NCBI GenBank assembly: GCA_040261955.1
Contig: JBDQMZ010000133.1
Span: forward strand, 1-40,151
Direction: 5' to 3'
DNA: 40,151 nucleotides
Source: Candidatus Nanopelagicales bacterium
Lineage (GTDB): Bacteria > Actinomycetota > Actinomycetes > S36-B12
A program made the translations under genes and the position numbers. The notes below the pieces were generated by a model, which was not told the origin of the DNA, searched no databases, and saw nothing but the letters and a program-made list of their open reading frames with translations. Shown piece by piece: positions 8,569-18,555 of this stretch; positions within the stretch are counted from its first letter, which is position 1, and each line of letters begins with the position of its first letter.

Positions 8569-9477
8569 ATGGACGCCATAGGTCTTATCATCGGAGTAGT
8601 AATCGGGCTCGCAATTGTTTTTGTTCTGATCTCACGAACCGTGGTGATTGTGAATCAAGCAAGCACTGCGATCGTTGAACGCCTCGGGCGATATCAGCGC
8701 ACTCTCACACCAGGCTTGTCCATATTGATTCCACTGGTTGATCGGATACGTGAGCGAGTCGATATGCGGGAGCAGGTAGCTTCCTTCCCTCCTCAACCGG
8801 TCATCACCGAGGATAACTTGGTGGTTTCCATTGACACCGTTGTCTATTTTCAGGTCACGGACCCAAAGTCGGCGACTTATGAGATCTCCAGTTTCATTCT
8901 GGGTATCGAACAGTTAACCGTCACCACCTTGCGCAATGTCATTGGCTCCATGGATTTGGAAGAGACTCTTACTTCACGCGACTCAATTAATGGTCAATTA
9001 CGAGGAGTCCTCGATGAAGCCACGGGACGCTGGGGCATTCGCGTCAATCGGGTTGAATTAAAGGCCATTGATCCACCCCATTCGGTCCAAGAATCAATGG
9101 AGAAGCAGCTCAAGGCAGAGCGTGAGCGTCGTGCTGCAATTCTTACGGCAGAGGGCCAAAAGCAGAGTGCCATCTTGACAGCTGAAGGTGAAAAGCAGAG
9201 CGCCATCCTGACGGCCGAAGGCTTCGCTGCCTCTGAAGTTGTTCGAGCTGAAGCTGAAGCCCGCGCTGAAGTTATTCGGGCAGATGGTGAAGCAGCGGCG
9301 CTCGAAAGGGTGTACGAAGCTATTCACAATGCCAACCCCAGCTCGGCGGCACTTGCCCATCGCTATTTGGAAATTCTTCCAGGAATTGCCCAGGGAGACG
9401 CCAACAAAGTATGGGTCATTCCGAGTGAGCTAACCGGGGCAATGGAAAAACTCAGCAAGGGATTCACTCAAGGTTAG
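8569..9477 (+). CDS. SPFH/band 7 (stomatin-like) membrane protein
   Basis: An N-terminal TM helix is followed by an SPFH core (IVERLGRYQRTLTPGL...VDMREQ...ITEDNLVVSIDTVVYFQV) and a coiled-coil tail containing the repeat AILTAEGxKQS. GAAGGAG lies upstream of ATG 8569. The ORF-track start at 8482 overlaps nfeD and is unlikely. Confidence 0.9.
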   Translation: MDAIGLIIGVVIGLAIVFVLISRTVVIVNQASTAIVERLGRYQRTLTPGLSILIPLVDRIRERVDMREQVASFPPQPVITEDNLVVSIDTVVYFQVTDPKSATYEISSFILGIEQLTVTTLRNVIGSMDLEETLTSRDSINGQLRGVLDEATGRWGIRVNRVELKAIDPPHSVQESMEKQLKAERERRAAILTAEGQKQSAILTAEGEKQSAILTAEGFAASEVVRAEAEARAEVIRADGEAAALERVYEAIHNANPSSAALAHRYLEILPGIAQGDANKVWVIPSELTGAMEKLSKGFTQG

Positions 9478-9488
9478 AAGCTGACAAG

Positions 9489-9656
9489 CTAGAAAATTAT
9501 GAGCAGCGCTATGCCAATTGCTACGACAGCGATGCCAACGAGCCAGTTTCTCAATAGGTGCGGCTGAGAGTCGCCTGATTTCTGGTTCTCGATCTGAGAG
9601 AGGGCATCGTTGTGGCTGATCGCGTTGTCCATCATGTTCTTGGCGTCATCAAACAT
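9489..9656 (-). CDS. Small C-terminally anchored membrane protein
   Basis: 55 aa from ATG 9656, which has a strong SD (GGAGGA, 3 nt spacer). It has a polar N-terminus and a C-terminal TM helix (WLVGIAVVAIGIALLIIF). The ORF track extends it to 9701. Confidence 0.45.
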   Translation of the reverse strand: MFDDAKNMMDNAISHNDALSQIENQKSGDSQPHLLRNWLVGIAVVAIGIALLIIF

Positions 9657-9765
9657 GTTTCCTCCGGGTACTCGTTCCGATGCAGGTAGTTGCCTCAGCA
9701 TAGTTGTGACGACCGCAAGGTATACCTGAAGTGCGCGCCAAACCCAATGCTGTGATGATTGAGGT

Positions 9766-11760
9766 GTGACAAATCGGTTATCAGAATCAACCAGCCCGTA
9801 TCTGCTTCAGCATGCAGAAAATCCCGTGGATTGGTGGGAGTGGTGCCCTGAGGCATTTGACCAGGCACGAGCGCGGAATGTGCCCATATTTTTGAGTATT
9901 GGATACTCCGCATGCCATTGGTGTCATGTCATGGCACATGAGTCATTTGAAGATTCTGAAATCGCTCGATTCATGAATGACAACTTTGTCAATATCAAGG
10001 TTGATCGGGAGGAACGACCAGATATCGACTCCATTTACATGGAAGCAACCGTTGCCTTAACTGGTCACGGCGGGTGGCCCATGTCGGTATTTCTGGACCA
10101 TGAAGGCCGACCATTTTTTGCTGGAACCTATTTCCCACCGCAACCACATCACGGATTGCCGAGTTTTCCTCAGGTGTTGGAATCAATCTCAACGACATGG
10201 AATCAAAGCAAAGAAAGTATCGAATCGGCAGGTACGCGGATTATCGATGCATTGGAATCCCGCAGACCGCCCATGTCCCACTCCGATATTGCATCCATGG
10301 ATTCAGCGAAGCTCACTGAATTTCTTCGAGGTTCTGTCACCACTCTGAGCAAAAGCTTTGACGCAACTAATGGTGGTTTTGAAGGGGCACCCAAATTTCC
10401 ACCCTCAATGATCCTCGAATTCCTCATTCGGATGTCGACTGATGAATCCGTGGGAGCCAACGCATTGCACATGGCCTCACGCACGCTTGAAGCCATGGCC
10501 CGTGGTGGCATCTACGACCAACTTGGTGGCGGCTTCGCTCGGTACAGCGTTGATGGCCAGTGGGTTGTTCCTCATTTTGAAAAGATGCTTTATGACAATG
10601 CGTTACTTATCCGTGTTTACGCACACTGGTGGCGCCTGACGGGCAGCAAATTGGCAGAACGAATTGTTCACGAGAGTATTAATTTCCTTCTCAGTGAAAT
10701 GCGCACACCGGAGGGGGCCTTTGCCGCGGCATTGGATGCGGACAGCGATGGCGAAGAGGGAAAGTTTTATGCCTGGACACCGGCCGAACTGATTGAAGTG
10801 CTCGGTGAATCAGACGGCACAGCTGCTGCGGCACTATTTCAAGTGACCGAACAGGGCACTTTTGAGCATGGTAAGTCGACATTGCAATTGCTCAATGATC
10901 CGAATGATTGGACCCAATGGAGCGCGTGGCGTTCCGCACTGTTCAACGCACGCGCTCAGCGCGTTTACCCCGGTCGCGATGACAAAGTAGTGGCGGCCTG
11001 GAATGGTTTAACCATTGCGGCACTGGCTGATGCAGGTGCGATCTTTGGAAACGAAGAGTGGATTGAGGCTGCCCGCAGTGCTGCTGATCTGGTTATCAGC
11101 GTTCACATGGGAAACGATAGGCGTGCAGACTATTTGGCACGCACTTCACGCGATGGCAAGGTTGGTTCCAGTGCGGGTGTCCTAGACGACTACGCCAACA
11201 TGTCTGAAGGCCTGATTTCTCTCTACGAGGCAACGGGTGAATCCGAGTGGCTTGAATTGGCGCGGACTTTGGCGTACTCGGCGGTCGCACACTTTGCCGA
11301 CGACAGCGGTGGCTTCTATGACACCGCGGATGACGCCCAGAAACTTATTCGCCGTCCCCGCGAGTTCGCTGATAACGCTGAGCCGTCCGGCTGGTTTGCC
11401 CTAGCGAATGCCCTTGTCCGCTTGTCAGGGCTGGGCGGGCCGAACGCAAGTGAAATGCGATCTTTGGCCGAGGCTGGACTCTCAGTAGTGCCCAAATTCG
11501 CACTGTCCTCACCTAGAGCGGTGGGATGGGGGCTTGTCGCATTATGGTCCCTGGCCCAAGGACCTTGGGAACTGGTGATTTCGGGCCCTAGCTCCCGAGA
11601 ATTTGCAGGCGTAGGCGCACGGTCACCGTTGGCGCCGGAAATCCTCTGGGAAGAGGGATCGGACAGCGGCGCTCAGGTGTGCAAATTCAGCGTCTGTGAG
11701 TTGCCCACCAAGGATCCGGTCGTCTTAGCAAAATTCCTCAAAACTCGAGTTAATCTTTAG
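9766..11760 (+). CDS. Thioredoxin-domain protein (DUF255/YyaL type) with a C-terminal alpha/alpha-toroid domain
   Basis: 664 aa. The N-terminus ([17 protein letters not shown]...[21 protein letters not shown]) is the DUF255 thioredoxin-like signature. It occupies the position of the mycobacterial Rv1084-type gene. Confidence 0.9.
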   Translation: MTNRLSESTSPYLLQHAENPVDWWEWCPEAFDQARARNVPIFLSIGYSACHWCHVMAHESFEDSEIARFMNDNFVNIKVDREERPDIDSIYMEATVALTGHGGWPMSVFLDHEGRPFFAGTYFPPQPHHGLPSFPQVLESISTTWNQSKESIESAGTRIIDALESRRPPMSHSDIASMDSAKLTEFLRGSVTTLSKSFDATNGGFEGAPKFPPSMILEFLIRMSTDESVGANALHMASRTLEAMARGGIYDQLGGGFARYSVDGQWVVPHFEKMLYDNALLIRVYAHWWRLTGSKLAERIVHESINFLLSEMRTPEGAFAAALDADSDGEEGKFYAWTPAELIEVLGESDGTAAAALFQVTEQGTFEHGKSTLQLLNDPNDWTQWSAWRSALFNARAQRVYPGRDDKVVAAWNGLTIAALADAGAIFGNEEWIEAARSAADLVISVHMGNDRRADYLARTSRDGKVGSSAGVLDDYANMSEGLISLYEATGESEWLELARTLAYSAVAHFADDSGGFYDTADDAQKLIRRPREFADNAEPSGWFALANALVRLSGLGGPNASEMRSLAEAGLSVVPKFALSSPRAVGWGLVALWSLAQGPWELVISGPSSREFAGVGARSPLAPEILWEEGSDSGAQVCKFSVCELPTKDPVVLAKFLKTRVNL

Positions 11761-11854
11761 ATTTATAAAGGTTTTTACGTTTTCGTCACCAGATTCGTGG
11801 CATATACGGTCTGACTGTTTTCACCCGTTCCACCGTCTGTGATGATGCTCCCAC

Positions 11855-12589
11855 ATGATTGGGAGGTCAACTGTGGCTGAATTTGGAAATGCAGAACAGA
11901 TTCTCGTTGGCGAGGGCGATAGCGACTACGAGAGATACATCAGAACCCCAGAGCTATTGGATCTTCAGCCCGAGCCAGATTCCTGGGTTCACCGGGATGA
12001 GCTGTTGTTTACCGTGACCCATCAATCATCTGAGTTATGGCTCAAACTGGCTGTGTCAGAGATTGAGTATTCCCTCGAGAAAATCAGGGAGCGAAATTTC
12101 GCTGCGGCGACTCGACTCCTCAAGCGCGTTAACTCGTGTATTAACTATTGCACCCAACAGTTGGGCATCCTTGAGCAATTGACTCCGTGGGAGTATCAAA
12201 AGGTTCGCCTAGCTTTGGGTCACGGCTCAGGTTTTGATTCACCCGGATTCAGAGCCATTCGTCGAGTCATTCCTCGTTTGGGATTCGAGTTCGACAACGC
12301 GCTCAAGTCCGAGGAAATTTCTCTGGAAGAACTATTTATCAACTTTGAAAATCATGAAGGACTTTTTCAACTCGCTGAGGCTTTGATCGACGTGGACGAA
12401 TTGCTCATGGCCTGGAGGGCAGTGCATTTCCGGGTGGTCGAGAGAACCATTGGACTCGAGGTGAAAGGGACGCAGGGCACTCCGGTTGAAGTTGTTGGAG
12501 GGATCAGGGACAAACAAGCATTCCCAGATCTTTGGAAGGTGCGAAGTGAATTGACCCGTCGAGCGGACAAAGAACTGCGCACCGATTAA
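11855..12589 (+). CDS. Tryptophan 2,3-dioxygenase-family protein (short form)
   Basis: Motifs YERYIRTPELLDLQ and DELLFTVTHQSSELWLKL carry the distal His. WRAVHFRVVERTIG carries the proximal His. The usual GTGGSSG loop is replaced by GTQGTPV. An alternative start is GTG 11873, preceded by GGGAGG. Confidence 0.75.
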   Translation: MIGRSTVAEFGNAEQILVGEGDSDYERYIRTPELLDLQPEPDSWVHRDELLFTVTHQSSELWLKLAVSEIEYSLEKIRERNFAAATRLLKRVNSCINYCTQQLGILEQLTPWEYQKVRLALGHGSGFDSPGFRAIRRVIPRLGFEFDNALKSEEISLEELFINFENHEGLFQLAEALIDVDELLMAWRAVHFRVVERTIGLEVKGTQGTPVEVVGGIRDKQAFPDLWKVRSELTRRADKELRTD

Positions 12590-12621
12590 TGAGTGTTATT
12601 AATTAGTCTCGTTAATGAGTG
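12586..12621. promoter_or_regulatory. AT-rich direct repeat TTAATGAGTG x2 (candidate Lrp/AsnC operator)
   Basis: Identical 10-mers lie at 12586-12595 and 12612-12621, 26 bp apart start to start. They are in the AT-rich gap immediately upstream of the Lrp/AsnC gene. Confidence 0.25.
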
Positions 12622-12647
12622 ATTTTCAGTAGTGAGATAGTTGCGTC

Positions 12648-13115
12648 GTGGACGAACTCGATTGGGCGATTCTCGGAGAACTTCAACGAGATGCCCGCCT
12701 CTCACACAGCCAGTTGGCCAAAAGGGTTCATTCGACTTCTCCGACTGTTTCATCTCGGGTCCGCAAATTAGAAGAGTCAGGTGTTATTGCCGGTTACTCT
12801 GCTCATCTTGATGCGGACCGAGCAGGTTGGCCCGTCATGGCATTTGTCCGATTAGCCTGTTACGGGGAGTCGTGCATTCTCAACGACCCAAGTGCCCAGG
12901 AGCGCGCAGAGATCCTTGAGATCCATCGTGTGGTTGGCCGTGAATGCTGCATTGTCAAGGTGCGAGCCATGAATACCGCGCATTTTGAGGCGGTCATCGA
13001 CCTGCTTGCCGGTTACAGTCCGCCTCTGAGCACGATGGTGCTCTCCTCGCCCTTACAGTGGAGCGGATTAACTCCTCCGAGTGGTTTACCCACCTTCGAA
13101 TCCCTGACAGAGTAA
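12648..13115 (+). CDS. Lrp/AsnC-family transcriptional regulator
   Basis: 155 aa with a GTG start. The N-terminal wHTH is DELDWAILGELQRDARLSHSQLAKRVHSTSPTVSSRVRKLEESGVI. A RAM/ACT-like C-terminal domain follows. Confidence 0.9.
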   Translation: MDELDWAILGELQRDARLSHSQLAKRVHSTSPTVSSRVRKLEESGVIAGYSAHLDADRAGWPVMAFVRLACYGESCILNDPSAQERAEILEIHRVVGRECCIVKVRAMNTAHFEAVIDLLAGYSPPLSTMVLSSPLQWSGLTPPSGLPTFESLTE

Positions 13116-13124
13116 TCTCTTCAC

Positions 13125-13886
13125 GTGGGCTTAAAGGATCTGGTTTACGGCGCTTATGAGCGCAGACTGGCTACCCAAATCCCACTTGATCGCATTCCAC
13201 GCCACGTCGGTGTCATTCTTGACGGAAATAGACGATGGGCCAGTGCTCAGGGGTCGACCTCGGCTCAGGGGCATGAGGCTGGTGCCGCAAAGATAATTGA
13301 CTTCCTCGGCTGGTGCGATGATGCCGGAGTTGAAGTAGTCACCCTGTGGCTTTTGTCGACCGATAATCTCTCGAGACCCGAACCTGAGCTCGATAAGTTG
13401 ATGACCATCATTGAGACCACTGTGGGAAATCTGGTGGGCCAAGGGCGTTGGCGACTACATCCAGTTGGCGCTCTAGATCTGTTGCCCTCCCGGACGGCAA
13501 CCCTGCTCAAAGAGGCCGCGGAAGCTACAGCGGAAATTGACGGGTCATTAGTGAACATCGCCGTGGGGTACGGAGGAAGGCGCGAGGTCGTTGACGCCGT
13601 TCGATCACTCCTGGCTGACCACGCTACTCAAGGAACCACCCTGGATGAACTTGCATCCCTGCTCAATGCCGAGCACATTGCAGAGCACCTGTACACAAAA
13701 GGACAACCCGACCCTGATTTAGTTATTCGAACTTCGGGTGAACAGAGACTGTCAGGATTTCTGCTCTGGCAAAGCGCCCACTCCGAATTCTATTTTTGTG
13801 AAGCCTATTGGCCTGACTTTCGACATGTTGATTTCCTGCGCGCAATTCGCACATTCGCCGAGCGCAACAGAAGATACGGTGCATGA
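13125..13886 (+). CDS. uppS: Isoprenyl transferase (cis-prenyl diphosphate synthase, UppS family)
   Basis: 253 aa with motifs HVGVILDGNRRWA and IRTSGEQRLSGFLLWQSAHSEFYF. The synteny with mca and greA resembles that of the mycobacterial short-chain Z-prenyl synthase paralogue. Confidence 0.9.
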   Translation: MGLKDLVYGAYERRLATQIPLDRIPRHVGVILDGNRRWASAQGSTSAQGHEAGAAKIIDFLGWCDDAGVEVVTLWLLSTDNLSRPEPELDKLMTIIETTVGNLVGQGRWRLHPVGALDLLPSRTATLLKEAAEATAEIDGSLVNIAVGYGGRREVVDAVRSLLADHATQGTTLDELASLLNAEHIAEHLYTKGQPDPDLVIRTSGEQRLSGFLLWQSAHSEFYFCEAYWPDFRHVDFLRAIRTFAERNRRYGA

Positions 13887-13895
13887 GTTTTTCGC

Positions 13896-14645
13896 ATGAC
13901 TAATTTCGACGACAAAATAATGGATCCCAATGCCGAATCGGCGCTGAGGCAACCCATATCTATGATTCTCATTCTTGCCGTCATGGCAGGAGCCATGGAT
14001 GCTGTCGACTTCCGTCTTTATGGTGTCTTTACTGCCAATCAGGCGGGCAACCTCGTCTTATTCTGGGCACGACTTACTTCAAATGCGGGCGAAGCAGCAC
14101 TATCTCTCTTCTCCCTAATGGGATGTGCACTGGGAATCGCGGCGGTCATTATTTTGCGATTCAAGTTTCCATTTTTTGTTACGCCCAGGGGTTCGCGGAC
14201 GTTGCTCTATGTCGCCGCAGTTTTTCTTGTTGTAACTGCGACGGTCGGCGCCATGGTGTCACAGCCGTTGCAGGAGGTGAATAACAATCAGTTGCCCATT
14301 GGTTCAGGTGATTGGTGGGCTGGTGCATTGTCAACCAGCACCTCTGCCATGTCGTTGGCAATCCTCGGGACTATTTTCATCATGATTGGCAAGAGTCGCG
14401 TTCACATAATCTCTGGCACGGGCCCGTTCATTGACGCAGTTCGATTTTCCGTTGCTCGCGCCTTAACAGGAGATGAATCCTGGAATGCGAAAATCAAAAC
14501 AGTCATCTTTTTTCCAATAGCCTGGTCATTGGGTGCAGCCATTGCCTCCCTGTCGCCCGTGCACAGAGGAGCCATTGCAATTACGTGTGCCGTCATGGTT
14601 TGTTTAACGGCACTAATTTCGCGGCGTGTCGAGGCCGACTCGTAA
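13896..14645 (+). CDS. YoaK/DUF1275-family membrane protein
   Basis: 249 aa with about 6 TM helices. The motif AGAMDAVDF...GVFTANQAGNLV matches the DUF1275 pattern. Confidence 0.7.
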   Translation: MTNFDDKIMDPNAESALRQPISMILILAVMAGAMDAVDFRLYGVFTANQAGNLVLFWARLTSNAGEAALSLFSLMGCALGIAAVIILRFKFPFFVTPRGSRTLLYVAAVFLVVTATVGAMVSQPLQEVNNNQLPIGSGDWWAGALSTSTSAMSLAILGTIFIMIGKSRVHIISGTGPFIDAVRFSVARALTGDESWNAKIKTVIFFPIAWSLGAAIASLSPVHRGAIAITCAVMVCLTALISRRVEADS

Positions 14646-14775
14646 CAATTGCGCCATAGCGTTTACCCCGTTAGGAATGCGTGAATCTTTAAATGCTGAA
14701 TTCGTAGATGCCCCACCTGGCTCACGAAAGGCCAGTAGGCAAGTTGAACCGGTGGGCCGGTGAGGAGTATGTTTC

Positions 14776-16080
14776 GTGCCCCAAAAAGAATCGCGTCGCA
14801 CCTATATTTTGGACACTTCGGTACTTCTCTCAGATCCTCACGCATTAAAGCGATTTGATGAACACGACGTTGTGCTGCCCGTTGTGGTGGTTACCGAGTT
14901 GGAAGCTAAACGCAGTCATCCCGAGCTCGGTTATTTCGCGCGTCAGGCGCTGCGATTATTGGACGATATCCGTATAGAACACGGACGACTTGATGCCCCA
15001 ATGCCTATCGGTGAAGCAGGCGGGACACTGCGCATCGAACTTAATCACACGGACGTTGAAGCATTACCCAGCGGTTTGCGTCTGGGTGACAACGACACCA
15101 AGATTTTGGCTCTGGCCAAGAATCTGGCCAATGAAGGTGCGAATGTCGTTTTGGTGAGCAAAGACCTTCCCATGCGCGTTAAAGCAAGCTCAGTTGGACT
15201 CGTTGCTGAGGAGTATCGCGCAGAACTTGTTCTCGAGTCCGGCTACACCGGAATGGCTGAGATCAATATCAACGTCGCCGACCTTGACGCACTCTATGAA
15301 GAAGGCGTGATCGAACATGATGCTGCATTTGATTACCCATGCCACGGTGGTCTGGTGTTGCTCAGCGACAGGGGGAGTGCGCTTGCACGAGTGACACCTG
15401 ACAAAAAGTTGAGGTTGGTTCGGGGTGATCGCGAAGCATTCGGTCTCCACGGGCGCAGTGCCGAGCAACGCATTGCCCTGGACATTTTGCTTGATCCTGA
15501 GGTGGGCATCGTGTCCTTGGGAGGACGGGCGGGCACGGGTAAAAGTGCCCTAGCGTTGTGTGCAGGCCTCGAATCCGTCATGGAACGCAGGGCGCATAGA
15601 AAAGTGATTGTTTTTCGTCCGCTTTATGCAGTCGGTGGTCAAGAATTGGGTTATCTCCCGGGATCTGAAAATGAAAAGATGTCGCCATGGGGTCAAGCTG
15701 TTTATGACACACTCGGCGCTATTGCAACGCAGGAAGTTGTCGACGAAATCACTGACAGAGGCATGCTCGAAGTTTTGCCACTGACACATATTCGTGGTCG
15801 GAGCTTGCACGATGCATTCGTGATAGTCGAGGAAGCCCAGTCTCTGGAGCGAAATGTACTGCTCACCGTGCTCTCCCGGATTGGAAGTGATTCGCGCGTG
15901 GTACTCACGCATGACATCGCGCAGCGTGACAATCTCAGGGTGGGTCGCTTTGATGGGGTGGTCGCCGTCGTGGAGAAACTTAAAGGTCATCCACTGTTCG
16001 CACACATCACTCTGACTCGCAGTGAGCGTTCTGAGATTGCAGCATTAGTCACCGAATTGCTTGAGGATGGGCATCAATAA
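14776..16080 (+). CDS. phoH2: PhoH2: N-terminal PIN domain fused to a PhoH-like ATPase
   Basis: 434 aa with a GTG start 8 nt after GAGGAG. The PIN region is [12 protein letters not shown]...VVTELE...GDNDTKILA. The PhoH region has Walker A GRAGTGKS and Walker B FVIVEEAQ. Confidence 0.9.
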   Translation: MPQKESRRTYILDTSVLLSDPHALKRFDEHDVVLPVVVVTELEAKRSHPELGYFARQALRLLDDIRIEHGRLDAPMPIGEAGGTLRIELNHTDVEALPSGLRLGDNDTKILALAKNLANEGANVVLVSKDLPMRVKASSVGLVAEEYRAELVLESGYTGMAEININVADLDALYEEGVIEHDAAFDYPCHGGLVLLSDRGSALARVTPDKKLRLVRGDREAFGLHGRSAEQRIALDILLDPEVGIVSLGGRAGTGKSALALCAGLESVMERRAHRKVIVFRPLYAVGGQELGYLPGSENEKMSPWGQAVYDTLGAIATQEVVDEITDRGMLEVLPLTHIRGRSLHDAFVIVEEAQSLERNVLLTVLSRIGSDSRVVLTHDIAQRDNLRVGRFDGVVAVVEKLKGHPLFAHITLTRSERSEIAALVTELLEDGHQ

Positions 16081-16096
16081 GGCCTCATTGCATCAT

Positions 16097-16110
16097 GTGA
16101 TCTAGATCAC
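16097..16110. promoter_or_regulatory. Perfect 14-bp palindrome GTGATCTAGATCAC
   Basis: Read directly from the sequence. It lies 17 bp after the phoH2 stop and about 150 bp upstream of the secreted transglycosylase-like gene. It is followed by GGGGGATTCCCCC (16129-16141) and TCTCGA-AATT-TCTCGA. Confidence 0.25.
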
Positions 16111-16257
16111 GAATACTATCCGAGGCTAGGGGGATTCCCCCGTGGGCAGGCTCTCGAAATTTCTCGAGTGAGATGTCCCACCCTGTTGTAATGTGACTTT
16201 CTAGACCAAATCATGCAATCTAGGACTCGCAAATCCACAGACTTTATGAGGTTTTCC

Positions 16258-16872
16258 ATGCAGAAGATAACGAGGCTGAGCGCTGCCGCGCTCGCATTCT
16301 CGCTGCTTCTTGCACCGGTGGTTCAGGCGCAGGCAGAGGAACTAACGCCAGACACGCCCTCTGAAGTAACCACGGAGGTCCCTGCCGACGATATCCCCGT
16401 CAATGATTCTGAGATCCCGGTGGGCGATGAAGGAAATAATCCTGAAGACGCAGGGTCCAAGCAGTTAAGAATCGCCACTGAGACTTTCCATGCATTTGGT
16501 TCCCCGCAGTCCAATGACCTCAAGGGCTTTATGCCTAGCCTCTATCAAGGCAAGTGGTTTATGCCCAACAAAGAAGAGCGCAGACAATGTATTGCCAAGC
16601 GCGAGGGACGCCACAATTACAAAACAGTCAGTGCGGGAGGCCTCTATCGTGGCACCTATCAGTTCTCGAAGGCGCTTGCTCGTGGTGCCACGTGGATGAT
16701 GCAAAAAGAGGTCAAGAAGGAAATGGGTCAAGCGGGCGTCGATCTCGTTCAAGAGCTCCGCAAGACTCCCATGAATCAGTGGAACAGGTACTGGCAGGAT
16801 CGAGCGTTTTGGACTATCTGGCGCAAGGGGGCCGGTGCCAACCATTGGTCAGGTGGACATTGGTCCTGTTAA
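16258..16872 (+). CDS. Secreted protein with a transglycosylase-like (Rpf/SLT-like) C-terminal domain
   Basis: ATG 16258 has GAGG 6 nt upstream and gives a signal peptide (MQKITRLSAAALAFSLLLAPVVQAQA). An acidic low-complexity linker follows. The region CIAKREGRHNYKTVSAGGLYRGTYQFS resembles the C-x-x-x-ES-G-x-Y ... G-x-YQF pattern of transglycosylase-like domains. The ORF opens at 16213. Confidence 0.55.
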   Translation: MQKITRLSAAALAFSLLLAPVVQAQAEELTPDTPSEVTTEVPADDIPVNDSEIPVGDEGNNPEDAGSKQLRIATETFHAFGSPQSNDLKGFMPSLYQGKWFMPNKEERRQCIAKREGRHNYKTVSAGGLYRGTYQFSKALARGATWMMQKEVKKEMGQAGVDLVQELRKTPMNQWNRYWQDRAFWTIWRKGAGANHWSGGHWSC

Positions 16873-16879
16873 CAGGACT

Positions 16880-18538
16880 TTATTTTGGGGGACCTACCGG
16901 AATTTGGGTCGCAATGGGTCGCAATGTCTCAGCAAAGAAATCATTGCCTTTGTCATCCACCACTAGGAATGCAGGAAAGTTCTTGACTTCGATTTTCCAA
17001 ACGGCTTCCATGCCAAGTTCAGCGAAGTCCAAAACATCGACTTTGGTGATGTTGTCTTGTGCCAGGCGTGCGGCAGGGCCACCGATTGATCCAAGGTAGA
17101 AGCCACCATTTTCTTGGCATGCTCGGGTCACGGCCGCACTTCGATTTCCTTTCGCCAGCATGACCATTGATCCGCCAGCCTTTTGAAACTGGTCAACATA
17201 GGTGTCCATGCGTCCCGCCGTCGTCGGTCCAAACGAACCTGATGCCATTCCTTCAGGTGTCTTAGCGGGTCCTGCGTAGTAGACGGGGTAGTCGCGCAGG
17301 TACTGGGGCATGGGCTCACCGCGGTCCAGCATCTCCTTGATTCGCGCATGTGCCAAATCTCTGGCAACCACCAGAGACCCGGTGAGGGAAAGCCGGCTGC
17401 GAATGGGAAGTTTGCTCAGAGTCTCGCGGATCTCTGACATGGGGCGATTAAGGTCAATTTCAATGACGTCGTCATCGAGATGTTCATCGGTAATTTCAGG
17501 CAGATAGTGGGCCGGTTCGGTCTCGAGCTGCTCCAGGAACGCGCCCTCGGGGGTGATCTTCGCCTTTGCCTGACGGTCAGCAGAACATGACACCGCAATA
17601 GCAACGGGACACGACGCCCCATGACGCGGTAAGCGAATAACTCGAACATCGTGACAGAAGTACTTGCCACCAAACTGTGCACCGATTCCAAACTGCTGGG
17701 TCATGAGGTGGACTTCTTGTTCCATGGCCAGGTCGCGGTATCCAGAGCCATCAGCCGACCCGTGCACGGGAAGGGTGTCCAAGTAATGTGCGGAAGCTAA
17801 CTTTGCCGTTTTCAATGCGAACTCTGCGCTAGTGCCGCCGACGACGACGGCAAGGTGATACGGCGGGCATGCTGCGGTTCCGATGCTTCTGAGTTTTTCA
17901 TCGAGGAACGCTGCAAACTTCGTTGGATTCAGGAGTGCGGCGGTTTCCTGGTAGAGGAAACTCTTGTTGGCGCTGCCGCCACCTTTCGCCATGTAGAGAA
18001 ATTCATAAGACATTTCCTTGGCAGGATCGGAATACAGTTCGATTTGAGCTGGAAGGTTCGTCCCAGTATTTCTTTCTTCCCACATGGAAAGCGGGGAAAG
18101 CTGTGAGTAGCGTAAGTTCAACTGAGCAAACGCGTCATAGACACCGCGCGAAAGTGCCTGTGCATCATCGCCTGCGGTAATTACATTTTGCCCTCGCTTA
18201 CCCATGATGATTGCGGTACCGGTGTCTTGGCACATGGGAAGTATGCCTCCGGCTGAAATATTGGCGTTCTTGAGCAGATCAAGTGCAACGAATCGATCAT
18301 TGGGACTTGACTCGGGGTCATCGAGAATTCGACGCAGTTGCGCCAAGTGGTCTGGGCGTAGCAGGTGCGAAATATCTCGCATTGCCGCGAAGGTCAGTGC
18401 GGTGATTGCCTCAGGTTCAATAGTGAGGAACTCTCGGTCACCCAGTGTGGTCGTGCTGATTCCCTCGGTTGTTATCAGGCGGTAGCGAGTGGAATCAGGG
18501 GCCAAAGGGAGCATGTCGGTATACACAAAATCAGTCAC
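16880..18538 (-). CDS. Fumarate hydratase, class I (Fe-S dependent, fused alpha/beta)
   Basis: 552 aa with a GTG start. Motifs are [15 protein letters not shown] and cysteine-containing Fe-S ligand regions. The length and order fit a fused class I fumarase. Confidence 0.9.
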   Translation of the reverse strand: MTDFVYTDMLPLAPDSTRYRLITTEGISTTTLGDREFLTIEPEAITALTFAAMRDISHLLRPDHLAQLRRILDDPESSPNDRFVALDLLKNANISAGGILPMCQDTGTAIIMGKRGQNVITAGDDAQALSRGVYDAFAQLNLRYSQLSPLSMWEERNTGTNLPAQIELYSDPAKEMSYEFLYMAKGGGSANKSFLYQETAALLNPTKFAAFLDEKLRSIGTAACPPYHLAVVVGGTSAEFALKTAKLASAHYLDTLPVHGSADGSGYRDLAMEQEVHLMTQQFGIGAQFGGKYFCHDVRVIRLPRHGASCPVAIAVSCSADRQAKAKITPEGAFLEQLETEPAHYLPEITDEHLDDDVIEIDLNRPMSEIRETLSKLPIRSRLSLTGSLVVARDLAHARIKEMLDRGEPMPQYLRDYPVYYAGPAKTPEGMASGSFGPTTAGRMDTYVDQFQKAGGSMVMLAKGNRSAAVTRACQENGGFYLGSIGGPAARLAQDNITKVDVLDFAELGMEAVWKIEVKNFPAFLVVDDKGNDFFAETLRPIATQIPVGPPK

Positions 18539-18555
18539 ACCACAACTCTAGATCC

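Noticed and set aside
16081-16257. A ydaO (c-di-AMP) riboswitch upstream of the Rpf-like gene.
   Set aside because: The conserved ydaO blocks (the GGGGUGAAUC-type and AGCUAACCUCGUAAGC-type segments) are absent. Only a GGGGGATTCCCCC hairpin is present.
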